DNA from: Mytilus trossulus
Lineage: Eukaryota
Length of the DNA stretch: 64,000 nt
Reading direction: 5' to 3'
Assembly: GCF_036588685.1 (NCBI RefSeq)
Contig: NC_086378.1
Location: 17,856,001 to 17,920,000, forward strand
Both the position numbers and the translations under genes were made by a program. The notes under the pieces are model-generated. The model was given only the letters and a program-made list of their open reading frames with translations. It had not been told where the DNA came from and did no database searches. This document shows, piece after piece, positions 11,541 through 25,100 of the stretch (position 1 is the first letter of the stretch; each line of letters begins with the position of its first letter).

Positions 11541-14500
11541 ATGGGCAGGTTTCTGGTTGCTGAACGGTTATTTCTTGGATTAACTAATGCAGTCTTTCTG
11601 GTAAGTCTTATTATAATTTTATTTTATATATATTATAGTTGAGGTTTATAGTAACGATGCACTAACATAAGATTTATATTTTTTATACTCTAAAATTATA
11701 TAATGGCCCGTAAAAAAGAGACATAAAATATATTGTATGATATGATCTGATAGAAATTAATACAGTATTTAGTATGATAAACAGGATCATTAATTAGTCA
11801 CTTTGGAGCTTATTTCCAAAAGGATGCAAACAACTTTTGAAGAAAACATTTTTTCTTATCTACGTCCAAATTTATGCAAAAAGAAATAACTTCAAGAATT
11901 TTTCTATTTTGTATGTAGATTTTGATTCCGTTCTTACATTCACAAAATGTTCCATGACAAACCGTTCTTGTCAAAACTATGACCTGAAAACAAATTATAA
12001 ACTGCGATTTATATAAAAGAAATAATATAAAAACACACACACACACTTAGATTACACAAAATCACGTATTACTGGCTGTTTATGAGCGGAGACGTTTGAT
12101 TATGAAAATAGACTACAACTAATAAATATTCATTTAGTTTATCAAGAACCTATTTTGCTAAAAACTCATTTGATATTTTGCATTATTTTTTAAGATTAAT
12201 TCATTATTAATTCTGATTTAATACTTGTATTTCAGTTTTTTGGAGCAGCTTTGACCATTTTTGGATTTCTCCTTCAATTTGTAGAGGCGTTTAACAGTTA
12301 TTACTCGAACACTATAGTTAGTTTAGAGACATCGTTATCCGCCGCTGGATTTTCAACTCGTACATTAGACTTCAGTCTGTCAGAGTTTGCCGGCTACTTG
12401 CCCTTGGCTTTAATGGTCAGTGGAGTGTTGATATGCATTATATCGTTCCTTGGAATTTTGGGTGCTACAAGAGAAATAACGTGGGTTCTCCTGACCTATG
12501 GTGTGATACTTATTGTATTGATGATAACACAGATTATTACCTTGTCCATCTTCTACTATCAACCGGAACTGGTAAGAATCACGAACACACACACACACAC
12601 ATTTATGTAAAGCCAAGAACTTGCATAGCTAATGCTTCTTTTGATACAAACCATAAATATTAGCCTTTGTGAAACCTTTGGTATAAACATACCAAAAACA
12701 TAAGTCACAGTTTAGACAAACTATCATATGTTTACCAGGAGATGTAGAAATAGAAAGAATTTTTTAAAAGATAATGTGAACCATAAGAACACCCAGCATA
12801 ACACACGTTAAACAATTCCTACAAAATATTAAAACATGGCATTAACTCTACATAGATTCCAAGATTAAAATTTTGTACGACAGACGCGATTTAGGAAATT
12901 TGGTTACTATTTTAAAGTACAAATGTATATCAATACAAAAATGTAAATTGTATAATTTATGCAATTTGACCCAACAAATTCACTTTGACTCTGTATAGAA
13001 TATTTTTTCCTAATTCAATGAAATGCATGCATTATATAATTGAATCAATTTATCTTTCAGTTCACAGATCCAATTAAAGATTCCTTAAAGTCAAAGATAA
13101 AATCAGATTATAAAGGCCTAAATGGAACCAATTCTGTATCTATTGGTTGGAACTTCGCTCATCAAAAGGTAAGACATCTGTCAAGAAAAACTTAGGATTG
13201 ACGTGTCTGTAGTACATGGAGACTATACACACACTAAACAATTTCTCGAAATGTCTTTTGACAACAATATGATAATGAATAAAGAGGGACAAAAATATCC
13301 AGTCATAAATACCCATTGTGTTTGTTATTAAAAATGTTTTTATACTTCCAGTATTCTGTTCTAAAGGACAATCTGATTTTTCGTTTTTTTATGTGTTTTA
13401 TGGCTTTGCCCTATATTGCCAATCTTTATTTGGTATATCAGTTATAATACCTTATGTGTGTCTTAACTAAGAGAGGGACGAAAGATATCAAAGGGACAGT
13501 CAAACTCATAAATCAAAAATAAACTTACAACGTCATGGCTAAAAATGAAAAAGACAAACAGACCAACAATAGTACACATGAACTAAAGAATAAACAACTA
13601 AATTATTTGCGTTCGATCGTTCCAAATGATTAATATTATGACTTTTTTTCAGTTTTCTTGCTGTGGCGTCGACAGCTATCATGATTTCATGGGAGCCACG
13701 AAATGGGTGCGTTTTTATACAGATGTGAACGTCCTAGGAACACCAATTAGCTGTTGCAGAACCTTACCAACATCAAAAGACTTTACCTGTGCCAGACATC
13801 CATTGTCGGGCACAAGTAATAACTTCCACAAGGTATTTTTACTTATGATAGGCAACATTTCGGGGCCTTTTTTTTATATATATATAACTGACGATTCTGA
13901 ATGGGTTTTGTTTATGTTCAAAGGTCTCACGGTGACCTACGTTAATTTGTGTGGCATTACGTCTATTGTGAATAGTTGTCTCATTGACAACCATACCACA
14001 TCACGCTATATATGGCATATGACTATTGTTAAAAAAAAACTTAGAGTTTTACATTTTAACCGGAGAGCACGAATTTTCTTACAAAAGTGCTTGTCTGCAC
14101 CAGGTGACGAGCCAGGTCGAGCCTGGAACTTCTGTCCTTAAATGATGCGCGTACATACCGACTGAGTTAAAGAAGTGCATTCTTGGCTCAATCGATCACG
14201 ACTGACTAAGTATCTAACACATTTACTAAGGGAAGCAATCCCGTCACAACATATTGAAAGCGTAACTTACCAATGAAAACTAAATACATACTAACAGTCA
14301 GTCAAAAATTCTAAAGTGTACCGCTGACGATTGGCCTTTGATTTTTTTATGTTAAATTTATTTATAACTTTTTAGACTAGGGTCAGTTGTATAGACATCT
14401 GTCATTTGGTACATTCAGTTGTATAGACATCTGTCATTGGTACATTCAGTTGTATAGACATCTGTCATTGGTACATTCAGTTGTATAGACATCTGTCACT

Positions 14501-15355
14501 TGGTACATCGTGTATTATATGTGTCGTTGGATTGATGTCATGGTAGTCACGTATTCTATCTCACTTACTTATAAAAAAAAGACGGAAAAATAATGTAGTT
14601 TATTTTTATTTTTGATTATACACAGGGACAAGCTACTAGTTACAAAAAATAATGTTTTATCTTATTTTTTAATTTCAGGGATGTTTTAATGCGATGTGGA
14701 ATATGGTTGTAGGCAACCTTGCAGTAACAGTTCCTATTTTATCTGTTTGTTTATTAATACAGGTATGTATAAAAAAGAAAACTTTAAAAACAATCTTGTT
14801 TCATCTTATGTCATGACTTTATATATATAGTACCTTAAGTATTAGGTGTTTGATGCATCGGCAGAACTAGTGTATTTTGCGATTCATGGTGACGGTCGGT
14901 AAATGTTGCTAGATGTTTATTTATGCCATTCAATTTTACGCGTCTGTTGTCGTAATTCAACATCTTCAATTACGACACATATTTCATACAATATCCATAC
15001 AAAAATATAAAAAAAAAAGAAAAAAAGAAAGGTAAAAGGAAGAAGTTATCTATTGCTGCAATATCTTTTATGGTTGTTTTGTACCACGTTCACCGCCTTT
15101 GTAACGAATATCAACATGGGTGTTCTGAAGTGCAAGCTTTCTTTTTAAGATTTGTTTAAAGTGTTGCTTTAAAAAATATGAGTTTCTTTACTATTATGTT
15201 TTTCTTTTCCTTTTTTTCAGATAATATTCATTATAATTACTATAGCTATAGTGTACGCAAATAAGAATGACGATAAGAAAGATGAATACAAGAAATTCAA
15301 GCCAAGTAGTGATGACAGTTTCTTGGATATATCTACATGGAAAACTAAATTGTAA
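11541..15355 (+). CDS. Tetraspanin (paralog A), 6 coding exons, ~300 aa
   Basis: Exons 11541-11600, 12236-12571, 13061-13168, 13653-13832, 14679-14762, 15221-15355; all GT-AG and phase 0. Four hydrophobic segments. The large loop has CCG, PISCC, C and GCF motifs. Ends ...STWKTKL*. Confidence 0.9.
13472..13600 (+). repeat. Dispersed repeat family (GAGGGACGAAAGAT...CAAACTCATAAATC); other copies ~18218-18357 (-), 28095-28310, 48807-49005, 4120-4265
   Basis: Direct similarity among copies in the window; probably a retroelement 3' end (inference). Confidence 0.65.
14384..14508. repeat. 31-bp minisatellite x4
   Basis: Unit CAGTTGTATAGACATCTGTCATTGGTACATT, in tetraspanin A intron 4. Confidence 0.9.
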
Positions 15356-15556
15356 AAACTATGTTTACTCTGCTCATAAAAACATGACTGTATGCGTTAC
15401 ACATGTGGTCTGCTATTCTGAGAAAATATGAAGTTGAAGTCAAGTAGGGATGACAGTTTCTTAGACAGTTCTACATGGAAAACACTATTTTGTAAAAACT
15501 ATGTACCCTGCTCACAACTATACACGAATGAATGCGTTACACATGAGGTCTGCTGA
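15290..15556 (+). repeat. ~140-bp diverged tandem duplication spanning the tetraspanin A C-terminus and stop
   Basis: CAAGTAG.GATGACAGTTTCTT...CTACATGGAAAAC...ATGCGTTACACATG.GGTCTGCT is present twice. Confidence 0.85.
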
Positions 15557-16234
15557 TAGTGTTTATTAAAATGAAATACATGTACTTGTATATTTTCTCT
15601 GTTTTTTCCATTGCCGACCTTAGTGTGATTAAGTCCATTTTTTCTACATTTTTAACATATTGCTCATGTTCTCTGTGCATAGAGTGAATCTAGAATTGAA
15701 TAAAAAAATATATACATGTTGTACTCTTTGTACACAATACATTAGTTAACACCCCAATTCTGACCGCAACCGGCTGTGTACTTGTACACCCGTAGTGTAC
15801 AGATATACTAGTGCCCCATTTTTGCAAGGTTTTGACTACCGTTTGTCAGAAGACTATACACATTGACCATAATTCTACCTTGATGAAACTCATGGTTATT
15901 GTTGTGCGTAATATAGGTCACGTTTTCGTTTATGTTTTATAGAGGTTTATCTATTGATTCATTAATTGTTATGTTGCTGTATATATATGCACCTGTATTG
16001 ATCTACGTATTAAAGGTCGGAATTACAGTGTCGCTCATTTTTATAATTTCAGGAACGGTCTTAATTATAAAAGAAGGTTAGTTTTTTTCATTTCTTGATA
16101 CTGTCTTGTTTTTTCTCTCTTATTTGATATATAAAAAAAGAAGAAGATGTCGTATAATTCCAAATGAGACAACTAGACACCAGAGACCGAATGACGCAGA
16201 AGTTAGCCACTATAGGACATCATTTTGTTTAGTT

Positions 16235-16477
16235 TGCGGGTGATTTCCCCCATGGTGGCTACCAATTGGGAAATATTTAAAGAGTTTTTTTCTGTAAAAT
16301 TTCAAACGAAAAAATCAATCTTACTATAGGAATAGGATTGTAAAAGTATGAAGAAACAAATAAACAAGATCAAAATTAACCAAGTTGAATGCCTCTTAAA
16401 AGGTTTTGCAGGAGTGGACTATGAGAATCATCTTGCACGTAAAACCCACATGGGCATTTTGAAATGTTGCAGGTATG
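16235..16477 (-). mobile_element. CATACCTG-TIR MITE copy
   Basis: Reverse complement matches 40759-41014 at its start and at the CCATRGGGGAAATC motif. Confidence 0.6.
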
Positions 16478-17375
16478 CCAGGCCCTTATAAAAAAATATC
16501 ATATCAGATAATGAACCTACAAAAATTTAGTAAACTTTGGTCCGTACATGATTCGAATGAAGTAATTATCTCATTGGTTTAGTGATGTGCTTATTTCTTT
16601 GTCCATTTATGTTTTTTTCATATCTCATTAGATAAAGGCACAGCTGTGGTTTTAAATTGTTTATACCAATTTTTTTTCTATATTCATTTCTTATTTTTTG
16701 TCGTCCAGGTTTTTACTTACTGCAAATATCCGTAAAGATTTTTTTTAAACATATGTACTGGTTTTCTGGATGAGAATTGTGTTTTATTTTAGGTCTGATA
16801 ATGAAAAAATGATAGAACGTTTTATAATAGTTTAATTACAGTATTTCATATCGCCAAAATTTGCAATGAAATTTTATTACAACGAAAATGTATTTTATAC
16901 TCTTGATAGTTGGTTTGTATTTGTCTTATTATAAAATCGTTTAATTAAGATGCACTTTCGTTTAGGTTACTATATCTATTTATTATTAAAAGCAGGATAC
17001 TTGATCTTGTTAAAAAAAGTAACGTCAATATACTAGTAGTTATAAATTAAAAGAAAGATGACACACCCTAGGGAATATGCACTAAACTTAGGTTTTATAT
17101 CATAATTGTGCATTTTTAATCTCCCCTTGACACCCGACCTCATGAACATTTTTTAACAAACGTGCGGGTCGAACAATGGAACTATGTTCCATATTATTCA
17201 GTTTAAAGGGAAAGCGGTTTGTCACATAAAACTTAAATATGTATATCTATCCCTTGTATCAAAGTCCATGATGGTAACAGGAAGTTGTTTTATAGCTTAG
17301 GAGAAATTTAAATTCTGTTATTCTGAGTAAGCCTTCATGTTTATATATGTACCTCATCTGAACCGTTTGAAAGCA

Positions 17376-17608
17376 GTCTGATTAAAATGTAGACCTCTGA
17401 TTTCGTTACACTTCATACGAAATTCTGATTTCGTTATACTACATATGAGTCTCTGATTTCGTTATACTACATATGAGTCTCTGATTTCGTTATACTACAT
17501 ATGAGTCTCTGATTTCGTTATACTACATACATGTATGAGTCTCTAGATCTAATGAGTCATGTGTAGTTGTGTAACGAAATCAGAGGTCCATACATTTTAA
17601 TTAAACTA
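17376..17608. mobile_element. Small foldback/MITE with an internal 28-bp tandem repeat
   Basis: About 5 copies of CTCTGATTTCGTTATACTACATATGAGT. Inverted ends ATTAAAATGTAGACCTCTGATTTCGTTACAC / GTGTAACGAAATCAGAGGTCCATACATTTTAAT. Confidence 0.7.
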
Positions 17609-18574
17609 CTTTTGTAAGTTACATAGTATTCATCATTATAAGAAGGAATTTAATCTGCTTTTGAAATTATCCGTCACGGAACAGTATAAAATAGATAGAA
17701 CTATGCGCTCCGAAGAGTAGGTGAAAGAAAAGTCTGTACTTATTATTCTGTTGACACAAATCGTACAACCCCAACTCGTGTTCGTACCAAGTCTAAATTA
17801 GGTCTTCTAAATATAAACGTTTTGATATTGCCTCATTCATTTGTTCCTCGTATCTACATTTATTTGATGATTAAAAGAGCTGAAACTTATCTTTACTATT
17901 TCTGTATTTTTCACCGCTAAGCGGAAAGCAGCTTGCTTCTTTTGTGGTCGTGCGACTGTGTGGAATGACGGAATATTATATAAGTAAAGACATCTTATTG
18001 AATGAACTATTTGTGTAAATATTGACAATTATGAACACGATTTATTGAAACATAAATACATAATCAGATATTTGGGGATTTAATTTAATGACAAGATTTA
18101 TGAACTCAGATATTAGTTTAAAATCAATCCAGGTTTGATATCTGAAAAAAAAAGATTTAATATTATAATGCAATCCGAGTGTAGCAATGTGTAGTACATG
18201 CATACAGCTGTATACAGTTCGTGTTGCTTATTCTTTAGTTTTCTATATTGTGTCTTTTATTTGTCTGTCTGTTTTTTTCTTTTTTAGCCATGGCATTGTC
18301 AGTTTATTTTCAATCTACGAGTTTGATTGTCCCTCTGGTATCTTTCGACCCTCCTTCAATCATGAATTAGATATGAATAATTTTGGGAATCACAAAAGTT
18401 ATATTATTCTATAATATGGAAACTTTCAAGCTCCATAACCCCGGCCCTTTTTTAATCCGCCTCTACTATGTAAAATTCAATTTTAACCTGTGACAAAGAG
18501 TCTTTTATGAACGCCCATATTAATTGGCTTTTCGGATTAAATAGTGGTACAGTGGTTAAACTTGCATCACTTAA

Positions 18575-18715
18575 GAGGGTATGGATGGGTGGGGGGGGGT
18601 CTGTTATTCTGTTAACCCTTTTATTCTCTAATCTTCAATTTTTTGGCTCATTATTCTCTAATCTTCATTTTTTAAGGGCATTATTCTTTAATCATTTAAC
18701 CCCATCCAAACCCTC
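18575..18715. mobile_element. Short MITE
   Basis: TIRs GAGGGTATGGATGGG / CCCATCCAAACCCTC; three internal TTATTCTCTAATC-like repeats. Confidence 0.55.
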
Positions 18716-21700
18716 ACTTAACAGCAACACCACATCTTTCATGGCAGTGATTCCATGTTCTTTACATTTTCTAAAGTTCTATCTTTTTTGGACTTAATTA
18801 ATAATGTTTATGTTCCATTTCTCTGCGTGGTGTTTTATTCAGTATAACCTTAAGTTAATTCTTCTTATAATAAATATTCCCATAGTTATAAATATATGGA
18901 TTTTTGCGTAAATAAGTAGTTGATAGTCGAGCAATACTGACACCATGAACACATGAAACTGATATGGAAGTTTTACAGCTTTACAAAGTTCTTCCGTATT
19001 TGTACATGTTATATGCTCTTGTGTTACTTGCTGCAAATAATTTGAGCTTTATTCTAATGTTAAGAAGGTAAACTGATATACAAGTAATATTACGTCACAA
19101 ATTCGCAGTAATGTAACATGAGTATTTCATAAATGCCTTTCCCTTTAAAATCCAATGAAATAATGTTATTCAAAATATTATGAAATTGCATTACGAAAAA
19201 TAGTACAAATGTGAAAGACAAATATATAAAAATACCCTTTTCCGTTTGATATGTTAAGCTTGTGTTAATGTTTCGTAACACCACCGTTCTCTTATTTAAA
19301 GAAGGGTTAGGCAGTTTGTTATAATTTATAATAACTAATCTTCTCTGGTGCTCTCAGTAAAGAAAAGCACAAAGATTTTGTACACAAAAAGTCGTTGAAA
19401 AAAAAACAAAAAAGCCAATATGAAAATTACATACTTTAGCATAAAAGTATTATGATAAGTTTTAATAAAACTGCATAACATATTATGAAAAAATAAAAAT
19501 GATGAAATAATATTTTAACTTTTTTTTTCAATTGGCCATAAACTCTTTAAATATTGACAATTGAAAGTAAAAGTCCTACTTAAAGATTATTGTCTCCGAG
19601 TAAGATTGGTCCGATATAATATTAAAGAAATGAGAATTAAACAAACAGTGAGAACAAAATAAAATCAATGTTCAAAATTTTTAATTCAGGTAGGAAAGAG
19701 TAACAAAAATCAAAAAACAATAGCCAATTGTAATATACTGTGTAGGGTAAATATTTTTTAACACAATTAAAAGGGCGTCTTTGTATTTCATGTACGCTTT
19801 TCATCATGTTTAAAGTCAAATTTGATAGAAAATGTAATTTCGTTTTTATATTTTCATTTCAAAACAAAGCACAGAAGTTTCAGTTGATTTAAGTTATTAA
19901 TGGTATGTGTACCGTGGTTATAATTGAAATAAATCTTACGTTTTTTTAATTGCTGTACCAAGGACCCTTTAATCTATTTTCGAACTGAAATCAGATTCCT
20001 GATTCGGAATACTTTATTAAGTACTTGATTAATCTTTGCACCAAATATAAATAATTCATCTTTCGCCCCTGTTTAGCCATGAGCCCCCACCCCCATCCAT
20101 CTTCTATGCGTAGCTTAACGGTATCCAGCATAGTCGAGACTCACACTTTATCATTTTATCATAAACTGCAAACTTACAAATAATAGTGAAAATAGAGGAC
20201 AGATATGGTAGATCTATATTTAAGTTAACAATGTTCCCTATAAAATTTATTAGTATGAGGGAGTCTAGTCTAGCTTATAAAAGTAATTTCAGTAACGCGT
20301 ATTATTTAAACGGAATTAAATATGAATAAAATAGAAATTATAATATTCTATACAAAGTCAACTCACAACTTGGTTCCAGTCTTAAACTCTGAGACTACTC
20401 TTATTGTAGATACTGATTTTAAATTTGTGATATACAGTTGTTTTTTTACGTTTTGCTCATAATTATAGTTCAAAATAAATGACTCTTCTTTAGAAACAAA
20501 ATCGAATGCATGATGATGTATTTTTCAACGTTTACCAATTGAAACATTTACTAGGTATGCCTTTTCAATGAGTTTATAACAGTTGTCATAAATCATGCAA
20601 CACTTACATCCTTCTCCATTCCATGTACAAGTATTCCCATTACTATATTTTAGTTATATTTATGATTTTCAGTTTTTACACGGAAGCCGTACTTCTAAGT
20701 TAAGGTTAACAACACACGATCTACTCAAGTTTCAATTTATTACTTTCAAGTGTGTTGTTTATTTACTTACAAATTCAAAATAAACATTTAAATGACTTCT
20801 AAAAGAACTATGAACTTTAATGCTAGATACGTCTGTTTTTTTTTACTAAATTTCAAATACACAAGCTAACTTTCTGTTTATCATTTTTTTTTTTTTTTTG
20901 TCTTGTTATAATTTATTTCACAGATGTCTGTGCTATATCTATCAAAAACTTCGTTCCTTATTCATTTGAAATTATGTTATTACATTTTCTTGAAGGCTAC
21001 GAGCAAAGGACATTTCACAGAAACACAACAACTGAGCATTCAAAAACTAAACATCATGCTAAAGAAACAATTATTTTAAGTTTTAGAGCGTTTAGAAATG
21101 AAAAAAAAACAAGACATCGATCTGTTCTTAAAATATTATAGAAATCGAACATCGTTAAACTAGCCCTGAAAGACATTTAACGTGATTCTTTTAAGAAATA
21201 TGGCCTACACAATGTCTTTTTCAAGCACTTATTTTCTGTAATTGAAAAGCTACACGATCGTCCAAGACCCTGGTAATGAGACTGTCATATTTGAAAAAAA
21301 GTTATCTTAAAGTTGTATTTTCATCAACCAAACAAATTAAAAATATAGAAAGACTGTTTTGAAGCACAATTTTAAGCATGGTCACATCTGTTTACTTATG
21401 TAGTTGTATTTGGAATATCGATTTTATAAACGATTCCAAAGAGGTCAATAATCAGACAAAACTATGGTCCGAAGTACAATTCTAAGGTCAATGGGTGATA
21501 TATACAGGAGATTTTCTTTCACACTTCAGTTCATGTATACTGAAAGAAAATAATTGGTAGCAGTTTTCTGTAATTTTTCTTAATGGTAATGTCTATCCAT
21601 TGCTCGGACTGTTTACGTCACTGATAGTTTAGAGAAATTACAATTTCTTATTAACCATTTCTACTTTTTCCTTCTTTTTTTGCTTCAAATTTTTATTTCG

Positions 21701-22166
21701 GTCTCTCAAAAGCGGATGTTTCACTACTAAAAATGAAAAGTGTAAATAAGTAAGTAACCATTTCTTACAAGTAAGTGAATGATTCTCGGTTAAATCTCAA
21801 ATTCTATTGACACTATGAAGAGAAAATGTGAGAATTAATATATTGATTAAATCATTTGAAATGATAGTCAATATCTCGACTGACTTGATTTGCTTTGGTT
21901 ACCTATGTTCTTTGTGAAGTGCTCCTTGTGACGTCTCGATTTTTATCGACTGGTTCGTGCATAAACACAAAGGATCATAAAGAGCTGTTAATAGACATGG
22001 AATTTAAACGGAGGTGAAAGAGTGTCATTACATAAATGCAACATAGATGTCATTTTATGACGTGAAATTTAACATGGAATAAATATTTTTTAATACAATT
22101 CAAAATGTGATATTAAAGCAATATTTATTTATCTTCTTGCAGTTTTAAAAAAGTGCGTTATACGTT

Positions 22167-25100
22167 ATGGGATGTCTTATGACTATCGGTAGGATATTTC
22201 TTATCGTTACCAACATCATATTTTTGGTAAGTAAAATATTCCAGGTAAATGTTATAACTTTCATTTAAATCACACAGGTTGGTCTTGTTTGTTTAGATTA
22301 AAAAGTGTGATCATTTTTTAACCTTCTGCATCATCTTTTATATCTTGATGTTTTATAGTGGATTGTCATAGCATTCGTTTTTTTTTGTATTCTAATAAAC
22401 TCGTCATAGAGACCAGGATAGAAAATTGGTATATATATATGCGCTAAAATCTAAAACAGTATTCAGAAATTAGTTTATATAATATTTTATACAAGAAAAT
22501 AAAGCATAAAAACATTTTAGGAAAAAGTATTTATATAATCGTTCAATGGATTATATAAATGCATATTTAGTTTAATAAACTGCATGAAATTTAAGTATAA
22601 TTGCTTAATTATGTTAATCGCAAGGTGTCTTTATGCACAACTTATACGATATCACGTTTCAAACACTTAAACGTTTAAAAATAAAATACAATATGTGTAG
22701 GAAATTTTATCAAAATGTTGCATGATCGAGATCAGAATGTGAAAAAAATGGCAAAACTACACATTTGTGATTTCTTCATATTTGAAACTAATCAAGTATA
22801 GTTATCAAAGGTACCAGGATTCCAACCAAAACAAATGCGGTTTTTATTTGCTTCCCAGTTTAGTAGATTAGTTGTTTGTTCACACATTCTACACATATAT
22901 CATTAACCTTTATTAAAAAGGGCAGACCAAAAATTATGTTACTGTGGATTTCTATACATTATCATAACCCAGCTTGGTGCTAACTGTGGGTGAATTATTC
23001 GCATGAAATAACATTAAAAAGGGCAGACCAAAAATTATGTAACTGTGGATTTCTATACATTATCATAACCCAGCTTGGTGCTAACTGTGGGTGAATTATT
23101 CGCATGAAATAACATTAAAAAGGGCAGACCAAAAATTATGTAACTGTGGATTTCTATACATTATCATAACCTTGCTTGGTGCTAACTGTGGGTGAATTAT
23201 TCCTGTGAAATAACATCAAATATGATAGGGTAGTAAACATTAGCTCCTAAAAATTACTTTTTTCTTTTTCAGTTGATAGGCCTCGTTCTGCTTGTCGTTG
23301 GACTTATTGCAAAGTTCGGTGAAAGTCTGTTTAAGAGTTATTATGAAAGCATTATAGCAAGTTTAGAAGATTCACTGTCCAAAGCTGGATACGGTGATGT
23401 TACATTGGACTTCAGCTTATCGGAACTTGCTGGAAGTCTCCCAATAGCTTTAATAGTATCTGGAGTTATAATCGTCATCATTACCTTTGTAGCAGTTATT
23501 GGAGCTGTTAAGAAAGCTAAATGTCTTCTGTTGATCTACAGCGTTGTGATGTTTGTGATTATTGCTGCACAGGTTCTAGCTATGGGAATGTTTTATTGGA
23601 AACCTGAAATGGTAAGTCTATATTATGAAATAAGTTTATAAAAATAAGAAGATGTCGTATGATTGACGATGATACTAGCAACTTTGGTCACCGTACGACC
23701 TCCTAGAAGGAGCGAAACCCATACCACAGAGCAAGCTATATCATGCCCCAAAATAACAAATGTAAAACAATTTCAACGCGAAAACTTACTGCCTGATTAA
23801 AGTACAAAATAATAAACTAAAACGAAATATTATATAAAGCAACAGATGAATTAGAGGCTCGTGACTATAAAGACAGGATGTGGCGGGGTTAAACTTGTGT
23901 GGTGGCACCCAACCTGAAAGAATAGTATTGCAGCACAACGTTAGACGCAAACTTAAAAGTTGAGCAGGGCTGAACTTCTTGATATATACGAACCACAAAT
24001 GCAACTAAGGGACGCCATCAAATAGTTTGGGGAGGGGTAAAATTGCTGAGGGCTGAACTTCTTGATATATACGAACCACAAATGCAACTAAGGGACGCCA
24101 CCAAATAGTTTGGGGAGGGATACAATTGCTGCAAGTTTTGTTTATTTGACATCGATTTTGACATAGATCCATATTGGGCAATCAATTTTTCTGGATCAGT
24201 AAGATAAGAGGGGGTGGGTCAGTAAAAAAAACTAAGTGATTTTTTTTTATCCTACATTAAACTTTTGATGTCGTCCATTACTAAAAACAAAAAGACACAA
24301 AATGCAGATCTGAGAGTATCGCATGACCTCGTGCAATGCCAACATACGAGTTAAAGTTCAAATACGAGCCAATTATGACGCCTCTTGTCGAATCAGCACA
24401 AACACCCTCCACTATACTTAATCCCTGGACATTTTTGGTTAACAGTGTAACCCCTTAAGATTCATAGCAGGTATATTTTAATGTAATGTAAAATACTAAA
24501 TACTAATATGTTACTATGTTTAAAACTTCAGATAACAGCACCTGTCAAAGATTCGTTAAACTCTACAATACAGTCAGATTTTGCTGGGTTAAATGGAACT
24601 AATGTTGTATCAATAGGATGGAATTTTGTTAATCAAAAGGTAGGTAATGTTCTGGTAATGTTCTCAACATCTTCATTTACAGTACGATTGTAAACTACTT
24701 ATATATGCAATATAAGGTTATTTAGTATTGTATTAAGAATTTAGTCTTAAGTCATGGACTAGACAAAAAATGACAAAACCACTTAAGAAACGTTAAAGAA
24801 CTATATGACAAAAAATAAGAAGCCTCCTAATATATCTTTGGTCATCTTTACTTATGGGATTTGAAACTTAGTGGTTTGTTTAAAAATTCTCAAATATACA
24901 CGTACAATTTAGAAAGTTTTGATATATTTAATCATAGATATAGGAAGATGTGGTGTGAGTGCCAATGAGACAACTCTCCATCCAAATAACAATTTAAAAA
25001 TTAAACCATTATAGGTTAAAGTACGGCATGTCAGCATTGATTCTCAGACTACTGATCTGATGATGACCTTTGGAGAATTTACACAAAAAGCACATATTTT

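Noticed and set aside
13833-14141. ORF extension beyond tetraspanin A exon 4
   Set aside because: Reads through a canonical donor into intron and repeat sequence; the paralog splices at the same point.
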